Shown here piece after piece: positions 9,175 to 16,965 of a stretch of 51,225 bases of DNA. Source of the DNA: an uncultured Clostridia bacterium (GTDB lineage: Bacteria; Bacillota; Clostridia; Oscillospirales; CAG-272); assembly GCA_947632285.1 (NCBI GenBank), contig CANROT010000001.1:1-51225 (forward strand), in the 5' to 3' direction. The notes below the pieces were generated by a model. That model was not told where the DNA came from. It did not search any database and was given only the letters and a program-made list of their open reading frames with translations. The position numbers and the translations under genes are program-made. Position 1 is the stretch's first letter. Each line of letters begins with the position of its first letter.

Positions 9175-9671
9175 TATTTTGCGATCGGCAGGGAGTCATC
9201 GTCCTGCCCTTTTTTAACGGACAGAATTTTTATGGGATATGAAACGCCGTCCTTGACGTGGACGGTCACGGTCTCGCCCGCTCTGTGACCGAGGATCGCC
9301 TTCCCGACGGGGGATTCCTTTGATATGCAATCGTTGAAGACGTCGCGGCGCAGCGTCGTCACTATGCGGATCACGCGCTCCTCCTCGTCCTCGGGGTAGT
9401 AAACGGTCACCTCGTCGAACAGGCCGACAACGCCGTCCGCCGAATCCGTCGTTATGACGACGGCGGTGCGTATCATGTTTTCAAGATATCGAATGCGGCT
9501 GTTGTTGCTGTTCATCTCCCGCTTTGCGGAGCGGTATTCGTCGTTCTCGGAGAGGTCGCCGAGCTCGCGCGCGGCGCGCACCGCTTCCCTGAGCCTTGCG
9601 CGCGCGGCGACTCTCTCGTCGATCTCCGCCTGCATTTTTTCTATGTCTACTTTTGTAAGCTCGTTGTGCAT
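9171..9671 (-). CDS. greA: Transcription elongation factor GreA
   Basis: 166-aa ORF with an N-terminal coiled coil carrying LSENDEYRSAKRE (the conserved acidic tip) and a C-terminal FKBP-like domain (SPVGKAILGHRAGETVTV). Confidence 0.9.
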   Translation of the reverse strand: MHNELTKVDIEKMQAEIDERVAARARLREAVRAARELGDLSENDEYRSAKREMNSNNSRIRYLENMIRTAVVITTDSADGVVGLFDEVTVYYPEDEEERVIRIVTTLRRDVFNDCISKESPVGKAILGHRAGETVTVHVKDGVSYPIKILSVKKGQDDDSLPIAKY

Positions 9672-9687
9672 TTTTCTATCCTTATGT

Positions 9688-9927
9688 TCATTCGCCGTCC
9701 CGCCCGTCGGTAAGCTCCGAGACGAGATTCCAGATGGATTCGGCGGAATTGAAGTTCTCCGGCGTCACCATATCCGGCGTTATCTCGACATCAAAGTTGT
9801 CCTTTATGTCGGAGATCAGCGACTCGATGTCCGAGTCGTCGAGGATCCCGTCCGTCAAAAGCGCGTCCTCTTCTTCAAAGTCGATGTCCTCGTGCAGATA
9901 CTGTAAAAGCTCGATAATGATATCCAT
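9688..9927 (-). CDS. Small acidic acyl-carrier-protein-like (PP-binding-like) protein
   Basis: ORF 9688..10053 trimmed to the ATG at 9927 (GGAGA 5 nt upstream, no overlap with the upstream gene). The 79-aa product MDIIIELLQYLHEDIDFEEEDALLTDGILDDSDIESLISDIKDNFDVEIT... follows the ACP/DltC helix-2 pattern (LDS-x-x-x-x-L...F.VEI). Confidence 0.5.
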   Translation of the reverse strand: MDIIIELLQYLHEDIDFEEEDALLTDGILDDSDIESLISDIKDNFDVEITPDMVTPENFNSAESIWNLVSELTDGRDGE

Positions 9928-9994
9928 AAAATGTCTCCTTCGGGATAAAATGCTTGCAATGATATGGTCTTTTCGTATGCGCCCGTGCCGGGGT

Positions 9995-11470
9995 TTATTC
10001 GTCTTCCTCGTAGTAGGAGGCCGTTCCGCGCGTCGGGTACTTAGACTTGTCATATCTGTAGTAGTATTCTATGTTGTACTGCTTACAGTATGCGTCAAGC
10101 TCCGCGTCTGTGCGCATAAACGGCTCATAGCTGCGCCCGGTCGGGGTGGAGTCGAAGTGGTACCAGCCGTCTCCGATGTCGACGAGCAGCCAGTAGTGTG
10201 CGGATTCGTTATTGTAGACAAGCCGCTCTATCTGTTGGTTCTTGATGCCGGCGGCATCGAGCAGCGCGCGCGCCGCGCACATATAGACGAAGCTGTCGCC
10301 GGTGCGGTCGAGGAGCCCGGCGTATGCCGCCTCGAGCGGCTCCGTCGTGTCGGACGGCGTGTCGGATTTACTTATGTTGTCGCGCGTCCACTTGAAGATC
10401 GCGTATGCGATGTCGTACTTCGTCATGTCGTCGTGCGTGTGAATGCTCTTATTATAGATGTCCTTTGCGAGCTCTTTTACGGCAGTCTCGGTGACCTTCG
10501 GCTTTTCGACGATATACACCGTCGCGTGGACGACGGTCTTGTTGCCGGAGGTGTCCGTCGCGCTGTACGTGATCTCGTATGAGCCGATGACGTTCGTGTT
10601 GACGCGGCTGACGTCGACCTCGAGGTGCGGGACCTCTCCCGAATCGTCCGTGACGGTGATGCCGTCGCGATATTTCGGGGACGTCCCGATGTATGCGGTG
10701 ATGTCGCGGACGCCGTGTATCTCGGGCGCGACCGTGTCGACGGCGCAGGTCGCGAGCGAGGATATCTCGGTCGTGTTCCCCGCCTCGTCGGTGAGGATTA
10801 TGACGACCGGGACGTCAACGGTCGTGTTGAAATCGTATTCGTCCTTGAATTTGCAGGAAACGGAGGTCGCGTCCTTTATGTCGGCGACAAAGGCGTCGGG
10901 CCGCGGCGTCCCGGTCTGCGCCGTGATGTGCACGGTGACGGGAGAGGCGGTCGGCGGCGTCGTGTCCTCGAGAATGAGAGACGAATATTCGAGCATGCCG
11001 TCGACGAGGATCCCGACCTTGTATGTGCCGATGCCGTATGAGGCGACGGTCAGCGGGTCGTCAAATTCGAAGACGCGGCCGCGGTATGAATCTATGCTCG
11101 TGTTGATAAATTTTTCGACCGTGACGGGGTCTCCCATCTCGACGCGGACCGAGTCGCGCAGATAGGAGCGGACCGTGTATGTACAGTAGTGCGTGCGCTC
11201 AAAGCCGTGCCCGTCCGAGACGGTGATCGAGACGTCGTGCGGGCCGGGTTCGTCCGTCGGCGCCTCTCCGTTTATCGACACGCTGTAGCTTCTGCCCGTG
11301 AAGGCGGACGTTATTATGAAGTCGTCTCCCTTGAGCGCGGTGCCGGGGTCGACGACGGGGGATATGACCTTATAATCGTCTCCCTTGTTCCCTCCGCATG
11401 CGGTCAGCGCCGCGGCAAGGATCAGAAGGAGCGCCGGCAGCAAGAGCCTTATCACTTTCTTTAATGACAC
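9995..11470 (-). CDS. Lipoprotein with Ig-like repeats and a C-terminal transglutaminase-like cysteine protease domain
   Basis: ORF 9995..11497. The likely start is GTG at 11470 (AGGTGGA 6 nt upstream). It has a signal peptide with lipobox LTAC|GG. The C-terminal Cys..His..Asp core is DSFVYMCAARALLDAAGI...SAHYWLLVDIGDGWYHFDSTP. Confidence 0.75.
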   Translation of the reverse strand: MSLKKVIRLLLPALLLILAAALTACGGNKGDDYKVISPVVDPGTALKGDDFIITSAFTGRSYSVSINGEAPTDEPGPHDVSITVSDGHGFERTHYCTYTVRSYLRDSVRVEMGDPVTVEKFINTSIDSYRGRVFEFDDPLTVASYGIGTYKVGILVDGMLEYSSLILEDTTPPTASPVTVHITAQTGTPRPDAFVADIKDATSVSCKFKDEYDFNTTVDVPVVIILTDEAGNTTEISSLATCAVDTVAPEIHGVRDITAYIGTSPKYRDGITVTDDSGEVPHLEVDVSRVNTNVIGSYEITYSATDTSGNKTVVHATVYIVEKPKVTETAVKELAKDIYNKSIHTHDDMTKYDIAYAIFKWTRDNISKSDTPSDTTEPLEAAYAGLLDRTGDSFVYMCAARALLDAAGIKNQQIERLVYNNESAHYWLLVDIGDGWYHFDSTPTGRSYEPFMRTDAELDAYCKQYNIEYYYRYDKSKYPTRGTASYYEEDE

Positions 11471-11582
11471 GATATATCCACCTGCAGTATTAAACACTTC
11501 ATCAGGTACAGTATAACATAAACTTCCGCCGTTGTCACTATCATATTTAAATTTTCCCGCGGGCGGGCGCGCAAAATAGTTA

Positions 11583-11611
11583 TTGAAAGCCGGACGCGTT
11601 TGCTGTATAAT
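11583..11611 (+). promoter_or_regulatory. Sigma-A type promoter of the rbfA operon
   Basis: TTGAAA (11583-11588), a 17-nt spacer, then TATAAT (11606-11611). It lies 56 nt upstream of the rbfA ATG. Confidence 0.65.
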
Positions 11612-11667
11612 AACCGGTGGAAGCGTTCTCCGGAAAGAATAAACCGTAACGGAAGGGAAGCGCCTTT

Positions 11668-12069
11668 ATGGCAAATTACAGACAGAACAAGATAAACAGC
11701 GCGGTCGAGTGCGAGATGGCGGCGATACTGCGCGAAATAAAGGATCCGCGCGTCGCGGACGCGTTCGTGACGATAACGGCGGCGCGCGTGTCACCGGATC
11801 TCAAATACTGCAAGCTGTACTATTCGTCGCTGTCGGGCGACAAAAAGGAGATCGGCGCGGGGCTCCGCTCCGCGTCCGGATTCATACGTTCAAGGCTCGC
11901 GGAAAGGCTGAATCTGAGGATAACGCCGGAGCTGACGTTCGAGGCGGACGGCTCAATAGAGCACGGCGCGCACATCGCGGAGGTTTTGAAAAAGATCGAC
12001 GCGGAGCGCCGGAGCCGTGAAAACGAAGACGAAAACGAAAATGAAGACGGAGACGAAAATGGCGGCTGA
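11668..12069 (+). CDS. rbfA: Ribosome-binding factor A, with an acidic C-terminal tail
   Basis: 133-aa ORF. NSAVECEMAAILREIKDPRV...VTITAARVSPDLKYCKLYY is the RbfA KH-like core. The tail ENEDENENEDGDENGG is encoded by 12-nt quasi-repeats. Confidence 0.9.
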   Translation: MANYRQNKINSAVECEMAAILREIKDPRVADAFVTITAARVSPDLKYCKLYYSSLSGDKKEIGAGLRSASGFIRSRLAERLNLRITPELTFEADGSIEHGAHIAEVLKKIDAERRSRENEDENENEDGDENGG

Positions 12070-13057
12070 ATACAGGGCGCTCACGGAGCGCGAGGCGGCG
12101 GCTCTGCTCGCGGGAATGATGACTGAAAAGGTAGACGTCGTGTCGCACGCGTCCCCGGACGCGGACACGCTCGGCTGCGCGCTGGCGCTCACGGCGATAA
12201 TAAACGAAAACGGCGGGGACGCGGCGGTCGTCTGCTCGGACCGCGTGCCGGATTATTTGTGCTTTCTCGCGGAGGGCGTCGAAATATCGGACGCGCTGCG
12301 CGACGGCGCGCGCCGCGTCGCCGTGGATATCGCCTCGCCGCCGCAGCTCGGAAGATTTGTTGACGCGGCGGGGACGTTCTCGCTGATGCTCGATCACCAC
12401 GGCAGGGGAGAGACGTTCGCGGACAACGTCGTCGAGCCGGGGGCCGCGGCGTGCGGCGAGGTCGTCTTCCGCGTCGCGGAGATACTCGGCGCCGACTACG
12501 GTGTGAAGATCCCGGCGTGCGTATACTCGTATATATACGCGGCGATCAGCGGCGACACGGGCAGCTTCCGCTTTGCGAACACGACGGCGGAGACGCACCG
12601 GATCGCGGCGCGCCTGCACGAGGCGGGCGCGGACACCGTGAGGATCGCGCACAATTTGCACGCGGTCAAGACGCTCGGAGAGCTCGCCGCGCTGCGGCTC
12701 GGGCTCACGAACATGAAGCTGCTGCACGGCGGCAGGCTCGCGATGACGTCGGCGACGCTCGGCGAAATGGCGGAGAACGGGATAAAGGACGGAGATTTTT
12801 CCGAGGCGGACGAGATGCGTTCCGTCCTCGGCGTGTATATCGGGGTGTCGCTGCGCGAGAGCGAGCCGGGCGTGTGGCGCGCGTCCACGCGGGCGAACGT
12901 CGACATCGACTGCGCCGCAGTCTGCGCCGGGTTCGGCGGAGGCGGGCACAGGGGCGCCGCGGGCTGCACGCTGCGCGGATTTGACAGAGCGGGCGCCGAG
13001 GCGGCGATGGAAAAGTCGTTCGGCAGAGCGATAGAAGAATTTGAAGCGGGAATATGA
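12059..13057 (+). CDS. nrnA: DHH/DHHA1 phosphoesterase (NrnA-type oligoribonuclease/pAp phosphatase)
   Basis: ORF 12017..13057. The preferred ATG is 12059 (GGAGA upstream, overlapping the rbfA stop). It carries SHASPDADTLG, DHH and GGGH motifs. Confidence 0.8.
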   Translation: MAAEYRALTEREAAALLAGMMTEKVDVVSHASPDADTLGCALALTAIINENGGDAAVVCSDRVPDYLCFLAEGVEISDALRDGARRVAVDIASPPQLGRFVDAAGTFSLMLDHHGRGETFADNVVEPGAAACGEVVFRVAEILGADYGVKIPACVYSYIYAAISGDTGSFRFANTTAETHRIAARLHEAGADTVRIAHNLHAVKTLGELAALRLGLTNMKLLHGGRLAMTSATLGEMAENGIKDGDFSEADEMRSVLGVYIGVSLRESEPGVWRASTRANVDIDCAAVCAGFGGGGHRGAAGCTLRGFDRAGAEAAMEKSFGRAIEEFEAGI

Positions 13058-13926
13058 GCGAAAACGGATATGCGGGCGTCGCCGTCGTCGATAAACCGGC
13101 GGGGTGGACGTCGTTCGACGTCGTTGCGAAGCTGCGTCGCGTGTACGGGACGCGGCAGATAGGGCACACCGGGACGCTCGACCCGATGGCGACGGGCGTG
13201 CTCGTCGTCCTCATCGGCAGGGCGGCGAAGGCGGCGGAATACGTCTCGGCGGGCAGAAAGGTGTACGGGGCGAGGCTGCGCCTCGGCATTTGTACCGACA
13301 CGGAGGACATAACAGGCAGTATAATAAATGAAAAGAGCGTCTCGGTGACGGCTGATGAGGTCAGAGAGGCGGCGGGGAGATTCGCGGGCGAATATATGCA
13401 GACGCCGCCGATGTATTCCGCGCTCAAGCGCGGCGGCGAGAAGCTCGTCGACCTCGCGCGGCGCGGGATCACGGTCGAGCGCGAGCCGCGGCGCGTGCAG
13501 ATATATTCGATCTCTGTCGGGGAGACGGAGAGGGCGGACGAGTTCGCGCTCACGGTCGCCTGCTCCGGCGGAACGTATATCAGGACGCTCTGCGCGGATA
13601 TCGGGAAAGCTCTCGGCTGCGGCGGCTGTATGTCGGAGCTCCGGCGGTACGAGACGTGCGGGTTCACACTCTCGGACGCGCATACAATAGAGGAGATAGC
13701 GTCGTCGCCGGAAGAATTCCTGCTCCCGACGGAGCGGCTGTTCTATGAACTCCCGGTCCTGACGCTCGACGCGGACGGCGAGCGCCGCATCAGGTGCGGC
13801 CAGCGCGTGAACGGTGCGGGGTACGGGAACGGAGAGCGGGTGAGGCTCTGCGGCGAGGGCGGATTTTTCGCGCTCGGCGAGGCGGAGGACGGTCAGGTGC
13901 GCTCCGTCAAGCTGTTCGTTCTGTGA
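13054..13926 (+). CDS. truB: tRNA pseudouridine(55) synthase
   Basis: 290-aa ORF with the GHTGTLDPMATGVL catalytic-Asp motif. The ATGA overlaps the nrnA stop. Confidence 0.92.
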   Translation: MSENGYAGVAVVDKPAGWTSFDVVAKLRRVYGTRQIGHTGTLDPMATGVLVVLIGRAAKAAEYVSAGRKVYGARLRLGICTDTEDITGSIINEKSVSVTADEVREAAGRFAGEYMQTPPMYSALKRGGEKLVDLARRGITVEREPRRVQIYSISVGETERADEFALTVACSGGTYIRTLCADIGKALGCGGCMSELRRYETCGFTLSDAHTIEEIASSPEEFLLPTERLFYELPVLTLDADGERRIRCGQRVNGAGYGNGERVRLCGEGGFFALGEAEDGQVRSVKLFVL

Positions 13927-13939
13927 CGGCGGAGGAAAT

Positions 13940-14770
13940 ATGTTTTACAGAAAAGAAATAAACGGCACGGTCATATACAGGTCGACGCTGCTGGACGGCG
14001 TCTGCCACGGATTTTCAACGAGGCTCGGCGGCGTGTCCGTCGGGGCGGCTGCGGGGCTGAACATGGGATACGATCGCGGCGACGACCGAAAAAGCGTTGA
14101 CGAAAACAGGCGCATATTCGCGTGGGCGTGCGGGATCCCGGAGCGGAGCTTTGTCGGCGGGCAGTTGTTTGTTTCCGCAAAGCAGATCCACTCCTGCCGT
14201 GTCGAGTACGCGGAGAGGGAGCGCGCACAGGGCGGATTTGAATGCGACGGGTTCGTGACCGACGAGGTCGGTTTGCCCCTCGCGGTAAAGACCGCGGACT
14301 GCGTGCCGATATTGATGTATGACGATGAGGCGCGCGCCGCGGCGGCGGTCCACGCCGGGTGGCGCGGCACGGCGAGAGGCATCGTATCGGTCGCCGTCGG
14401 TAAAATGTGCGCCATCGGCGCCGAGCGGCGGCGCATCAGGGCGGCGATAGGCCCGGCGATCTGCGGGGAATGTTTTGTCGTGGGGGAAGATTTCAAAGAG
14501 CAGTTTTCGGCGCTGGCGGAGTCGTCGCCGGACGAAATAACGAGGAAGAATTCGGCGCGCATCGCGGACGAATATATAGTTCGCGGCGGGGACGGCAGGC
14601 TGCATTGCGACCTTTGCGCCGTGAATGCGCGGCTGCTCGCGCTCGCCGGGGTCTCGCCCTCGCTCATCGACCGCGCCGACATCTGCACAAAGGAGCACAA
14701 AAACGAGTTCTGGTCGCACCGCCGGGACGGCAGCAGCCGCGGCGTCATGGCGGCGGCGGTCATGCTGTAA
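13940..14770 (+). CDS. pgeF: Peptidoglycan editing factor PgeF / YfiH-family (polyphenol-oxidase-like) protein
   Basis: 276-aa ORF with QIHS, TADCVPIL, HAGWRGT and CGECF motifs characteristic of the YfiH/PgeF family. Confidence 0.85.
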   Translation: MFYRKEINGTVIYRSTLLDGVCHGFSTRLGGVSVGAAAGLNMGYDRGDDRKSVDENRRIFAWACGIPERSFVGGQLFVSAKQIHSCRVEYAERERAQGGFECDGFVTDEVGLPLAVKTADCVPILMYDDEARAAAAVHAGWRGTARGIVSVAVGKMCAIGAERRRIRAAIGPAICGECFVVGEDFKEQFSALAESSPDEITRKNSARIADEYIVRGGDGRLHCDLCAVNARLLALAGVSPSLIDRADICTKEHKNEFWSHRRDGSSRGVMAAAVML

Positions 14771-14855
14771 GGCGCCCCGTCACAAATAATTCACGAAAAT
14801 TTCGTCAAAAATCCTCTCCGGGACACAAAAAAGGGAAGATTTTTTGTATGAACTG

Positions 14856-14882
14856 TGGTATAATACTCTCGCCGGTTTGCTT
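14856..14882 (+). repeat. 27-bp direct repeat, copy 1; contains an extended -10 (TGgTATAAT)
   Basis: TGGTATAATACTCTCGCCGGTTTGCTT. Matches 26 of 27 positions of the copy at 15012-15038. Confidence 0.9.
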
Positions 14883-15005
14883 CGCAAACCCCGAAAGCTC
14901 CGCTTTCGGCAGGGCTGCGCCCTGTGCTCGGTATTGACGGCTAAAAGGCATCGGCTGCGCCGCTGCTCGCGGGTGTGCCACCCGCGCCGGCTGCTGCCGC
15001 AGCCG
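14874..15005 (+). other. Array of five short perfect GC-rich hairpins with 3-4 nt loops, located between the two 27-bp repeats
   Basis: The five hairpins are GGTTTGC-ttc-GCAAACC (14874-14890), CCGAAAGC-tcc-GCTTTCGG (14891-14909), CAGGGC-tgc-GCCCTG (14910-14924), GCGGGTG-tgc-CACCCGC (14969-14985) and CGGCTGC-tgcc-GCAGCCG (14988-15005, followed by CTTTTA). Confidence 0.8.
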
Positions 15006-15011
15006 CTTTTA

Positions 15012-15038
15012 TGGTATAATACTCTCGCCGATTTGCTT
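15012..15038 (+). repeat. 27-bp direct repeat, copy 2; extended -10 (TGgTATAAT), probable promoter of the ABC operon
   Basis: TGGTATAATACTCTCGCCGATTTGCTT, lying 116 nt upstream of the ABC ATPase ATG. Confidence 0.85.
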
Positions 15039-15092
15039 TTCAGATTAAAAAATCTGCGGCTTCGGGGCGTGGGCGGATATGATTGCACTGAC

Positions 15093-15126
15093 TTTGTAAT
15101 GTATATATATTTGTAATGTATATATA
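15093..15126 (+). repeat. Perfect tandem duplication of a 17-bp AT-rich unit
   Basis: TTTGTAATGTATATATA occurs twice (15093-15109 and 15110-15126), directly upstream of the RBS of the ABC ATPase gene. Confidence 0.9.
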
Positions 15127-15153
15127 AATGAAAGAAATAGGGGAGAAGTCCTG

Positions 15154-16215
15154 ATGGGAAAGACGGAAAAAATCACGGACATGGGAAAAGACACGGTGAC
15201 GGCGGAGTATATGATCGAGGTCGAAAACCTCGTCAAATGCTATGGGGATAAATACGCCGTCGACGATATCAGCTTTCGCGTGAAGCGCGGAGAGGTCGTG
15301 GGGTTCCTCGGGCCGAACGGCGCCGGAAAATCCACGACTATAAATGTCATAACCGGGTTTTTGTCAAGTACGTCCGGGACCGTGCGCGTCGCCGGATATG
15401 ACGTGCTTGACGAATCCGAAAAGGCCAAGCGCCTGATCGGGTATCTGCCCGAACAGCCGCCGCTCTACGTCGATATGACCGTCGACGAGTACCTGAACTT
15501 CGTCTATGAGCTCAAGGGCTGTACTTATAACAGGAAAAAACACCTCGACGAGGTCTGCACGGTCACAAAGATCGCGGACGTGCGCGGAAGGCTCATAAAG
15601 AACCTTTCAAAGGGGTACAGACAGCGCGTCGGCATCGCGCAGGCGCTCGTCGGGAACCCGCCGCTCATCATTCTCGATGAGCCGACCGTCGGCCTCGACC
15701 CGAAACAGGTCATCGAGGTCCGCTCTCTCATACGCGCGCTCGGAGAAAATCACACGGTCCTGCTCTCGACGCACATTCTTTCGGAGGTCGGGACCGTCTG
15801 CGACAGGATCGTCATCATCAACAAGGGGAAGATCATCGCGGACGAGAAAAAGGACGACATAATCAGAGTGGCGGAGGACGGCAGATCGTATATCGCCAAG
15901 ATCTGCGGGCCGTCGCGCGAGGTGACCGCGCTCTTGAAGTCGCGGCAGGGCGTCCGCCGCGTCGAGCGGCAGAGCGAGCGCGACGGGGACGCCTACAGCT
16001 ACATAATCGAGAGCGAACCGGGCGTCGATATCCGCAAAACGCTGTTCTTCTCCCTCGCGCAGAACAATTGGCCGCTCATCGGCCTCGAGCCCGTCGGCGA
16101 GAACCTCGAAGAGGTGTTCATAAAGCTCGTCGACCGCTCCGACACGAAGAAGCCCGGGCGCGAACGCCGCCGCCCCATCATCGACGACGGCGGCGACAAG
16201 ACAGACGAAAAGTAA
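15154..16215 (+). CDS. ABC transporter ATP-binding protein (ABC-2/GldA-like)
   Basis: 353-aa ORF with Walker A GPNGAGKST, signature LSKGYRQR and Walker B LIILDEP, plus a long C-terminal extension. Confidence 0.9.
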   Translation: MGKTEKITDMGKDTVTAEYMIEVENLVKCYGDKYAVDDISFRVKRGEVVGFLGPNGAGKSTTINVITGFLSSTSGTVRVAGYDVLDESEKAKRLIGYLPEQPPLYVDMTVDEYLNFVYELKGCTYNRKKHLDEVCTVTKIADVRGRLIKNLSKGYRQRVGIAQALVGNPPLIILDEPTVGLDPKQVIEVRSLIRALGENHTVLLSTHILSEVGTVCDRIVIINKGKIIADEKKDDIIRVAEDGRSYIAKICGPSREVTALLKSRQGVRRVERQSERDGDAYSYIIESEPGVDIRKTLFFSLAQNNWPLIGLEPVGENLEEVFIKLVDRSDTKKPGRERRRPIIDDGGDKTDEK

Positions 16216-16230
16216 GGGGGACGGCACAAA

Positions 16231-16935
16231 ATGGGAGCCATATATAAAAAGGAAATGAGGGCGTATTTCACAACGCCCGTAGGATATATCTTTCTCGCCG
16301 CGATGCTGTTGATCTCGGCGGCGGCGTTCTCGTTTACGACGCTCCAGCAGGCGAGCTGGCAGACGAACTCGTACTTCACCGCCATGGTGTTCGTGTTTAT
16401 AGTCCTCGTCCCCGTCTTAACGATGAAGTCATTCTCGGAGGAGCGCAGGACGCGCACGGAGCAGATGCTCTTGACCTCGCCCGTCAGCCTCACGGGAATG
16501 GTGATGGCGAAATATTTCGCGGCGATGACGATGATGCTTGGCGTGATCCTTCTGACCGCGCTCTACTATATCCCGTTTTATATGTACGCGGAGCCCACGA
16601 CGGCGATCCTCGCCGGCGACCTCATCGCGCTCGTGCTCGTCGGCAGCGCGTTTATCGCGATCGGGCTGTTCGTCTCCTCCCTCACGGAGAATCAGATGGT
16701 GGCCTGCGTTGTGACGATAGTGATAATACTGCTGTTCCTCGTCGCAAGTCTCGCGAACAGGTATATCAATTCGTATTTTATCCGCTCCATACTCAACTGG
16801 ATATCCGTTTTCACGCGGTTCGGGGACTTTACGAACGGAATATTCAGCTTCAGCGCGGCGCTCTATTATCTGTCGATCACCGCCGTCGCTATCTTCCTCA
16901 CGGTGCGCGTCTATGAAAAGCGCCGCTGGGGCTGA
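16231..16935 (+). CDS. ABC-2 type transporter permease (GldF-like)
   Basis: 234-aa ORF with about 6 TM segments, immediately downstream of the ATPase. Confidence 0.8.
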   Translation: MGAIYKKEMRAYFTTPVGYIFLAAMLLISAAAFSFTTLQQASWQTNSYFTAMVFVFIVLVPVLTMKSFSEERRTRTEQMLLTSPVSLTGMVMAKYFAAMTMMLGVILLTALYYIPFYMYAEPTTAILAGDLIALVLVGSAFIAIGLFVSSLTENQMVACVVTIVIILLFLVASLANRYINSYFIRSILNWISVFTRFGDFTNGIFSFSAALYYLSITAVAIFLTVRVYEKRRWG

Positions 16936-16965
16936 TTTTGACCGGAGAGGGGTGATTCTTACAAA

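Noticed and set aside
12017-12058. Upstream Lys/Thr-rich start of nrnA (MKTKTKTKMKTETK) produced by the 12-nt GAAAACGAAGAC-like repeats.
   Set aside because: It is the out-of-frame reading of the rbfA acidic tail. The ATG at 12059 has a better RBS and gives a normal DHH N-terminus.
12496-13683. Long antisense ORFs opposite well-supported genes. Examples are 12496..13683(-), 12705..13667(-), 11882..12949(-), 17152..18306(-), 19278..20348(-), 31000..31953(-), 33106..34158(-), 43842..45164(+) and 44984..46363(+).
   Set aside because: Their translations are Arg/Ala/Pro/Gly-rich with no recognisable motifs. Each lies opposite or out of frame to a gene with clear family signatures. Stop-poor antisense frames are expected in DNA above 60% GC.
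14844-15116. 90-aa ORF (MYELWYNTLAGLL...) spanning the structured intergenic region, and its antisense partner 14780..15088.
   Set aside because: The ORF reads straight through the 27-bp direct repeats and the hairpin array, which gives the duplicated WYNTLA(G/D)LL. It is Cys/Arg-rich and has no family resemblance. The region is better explained as non-coding.
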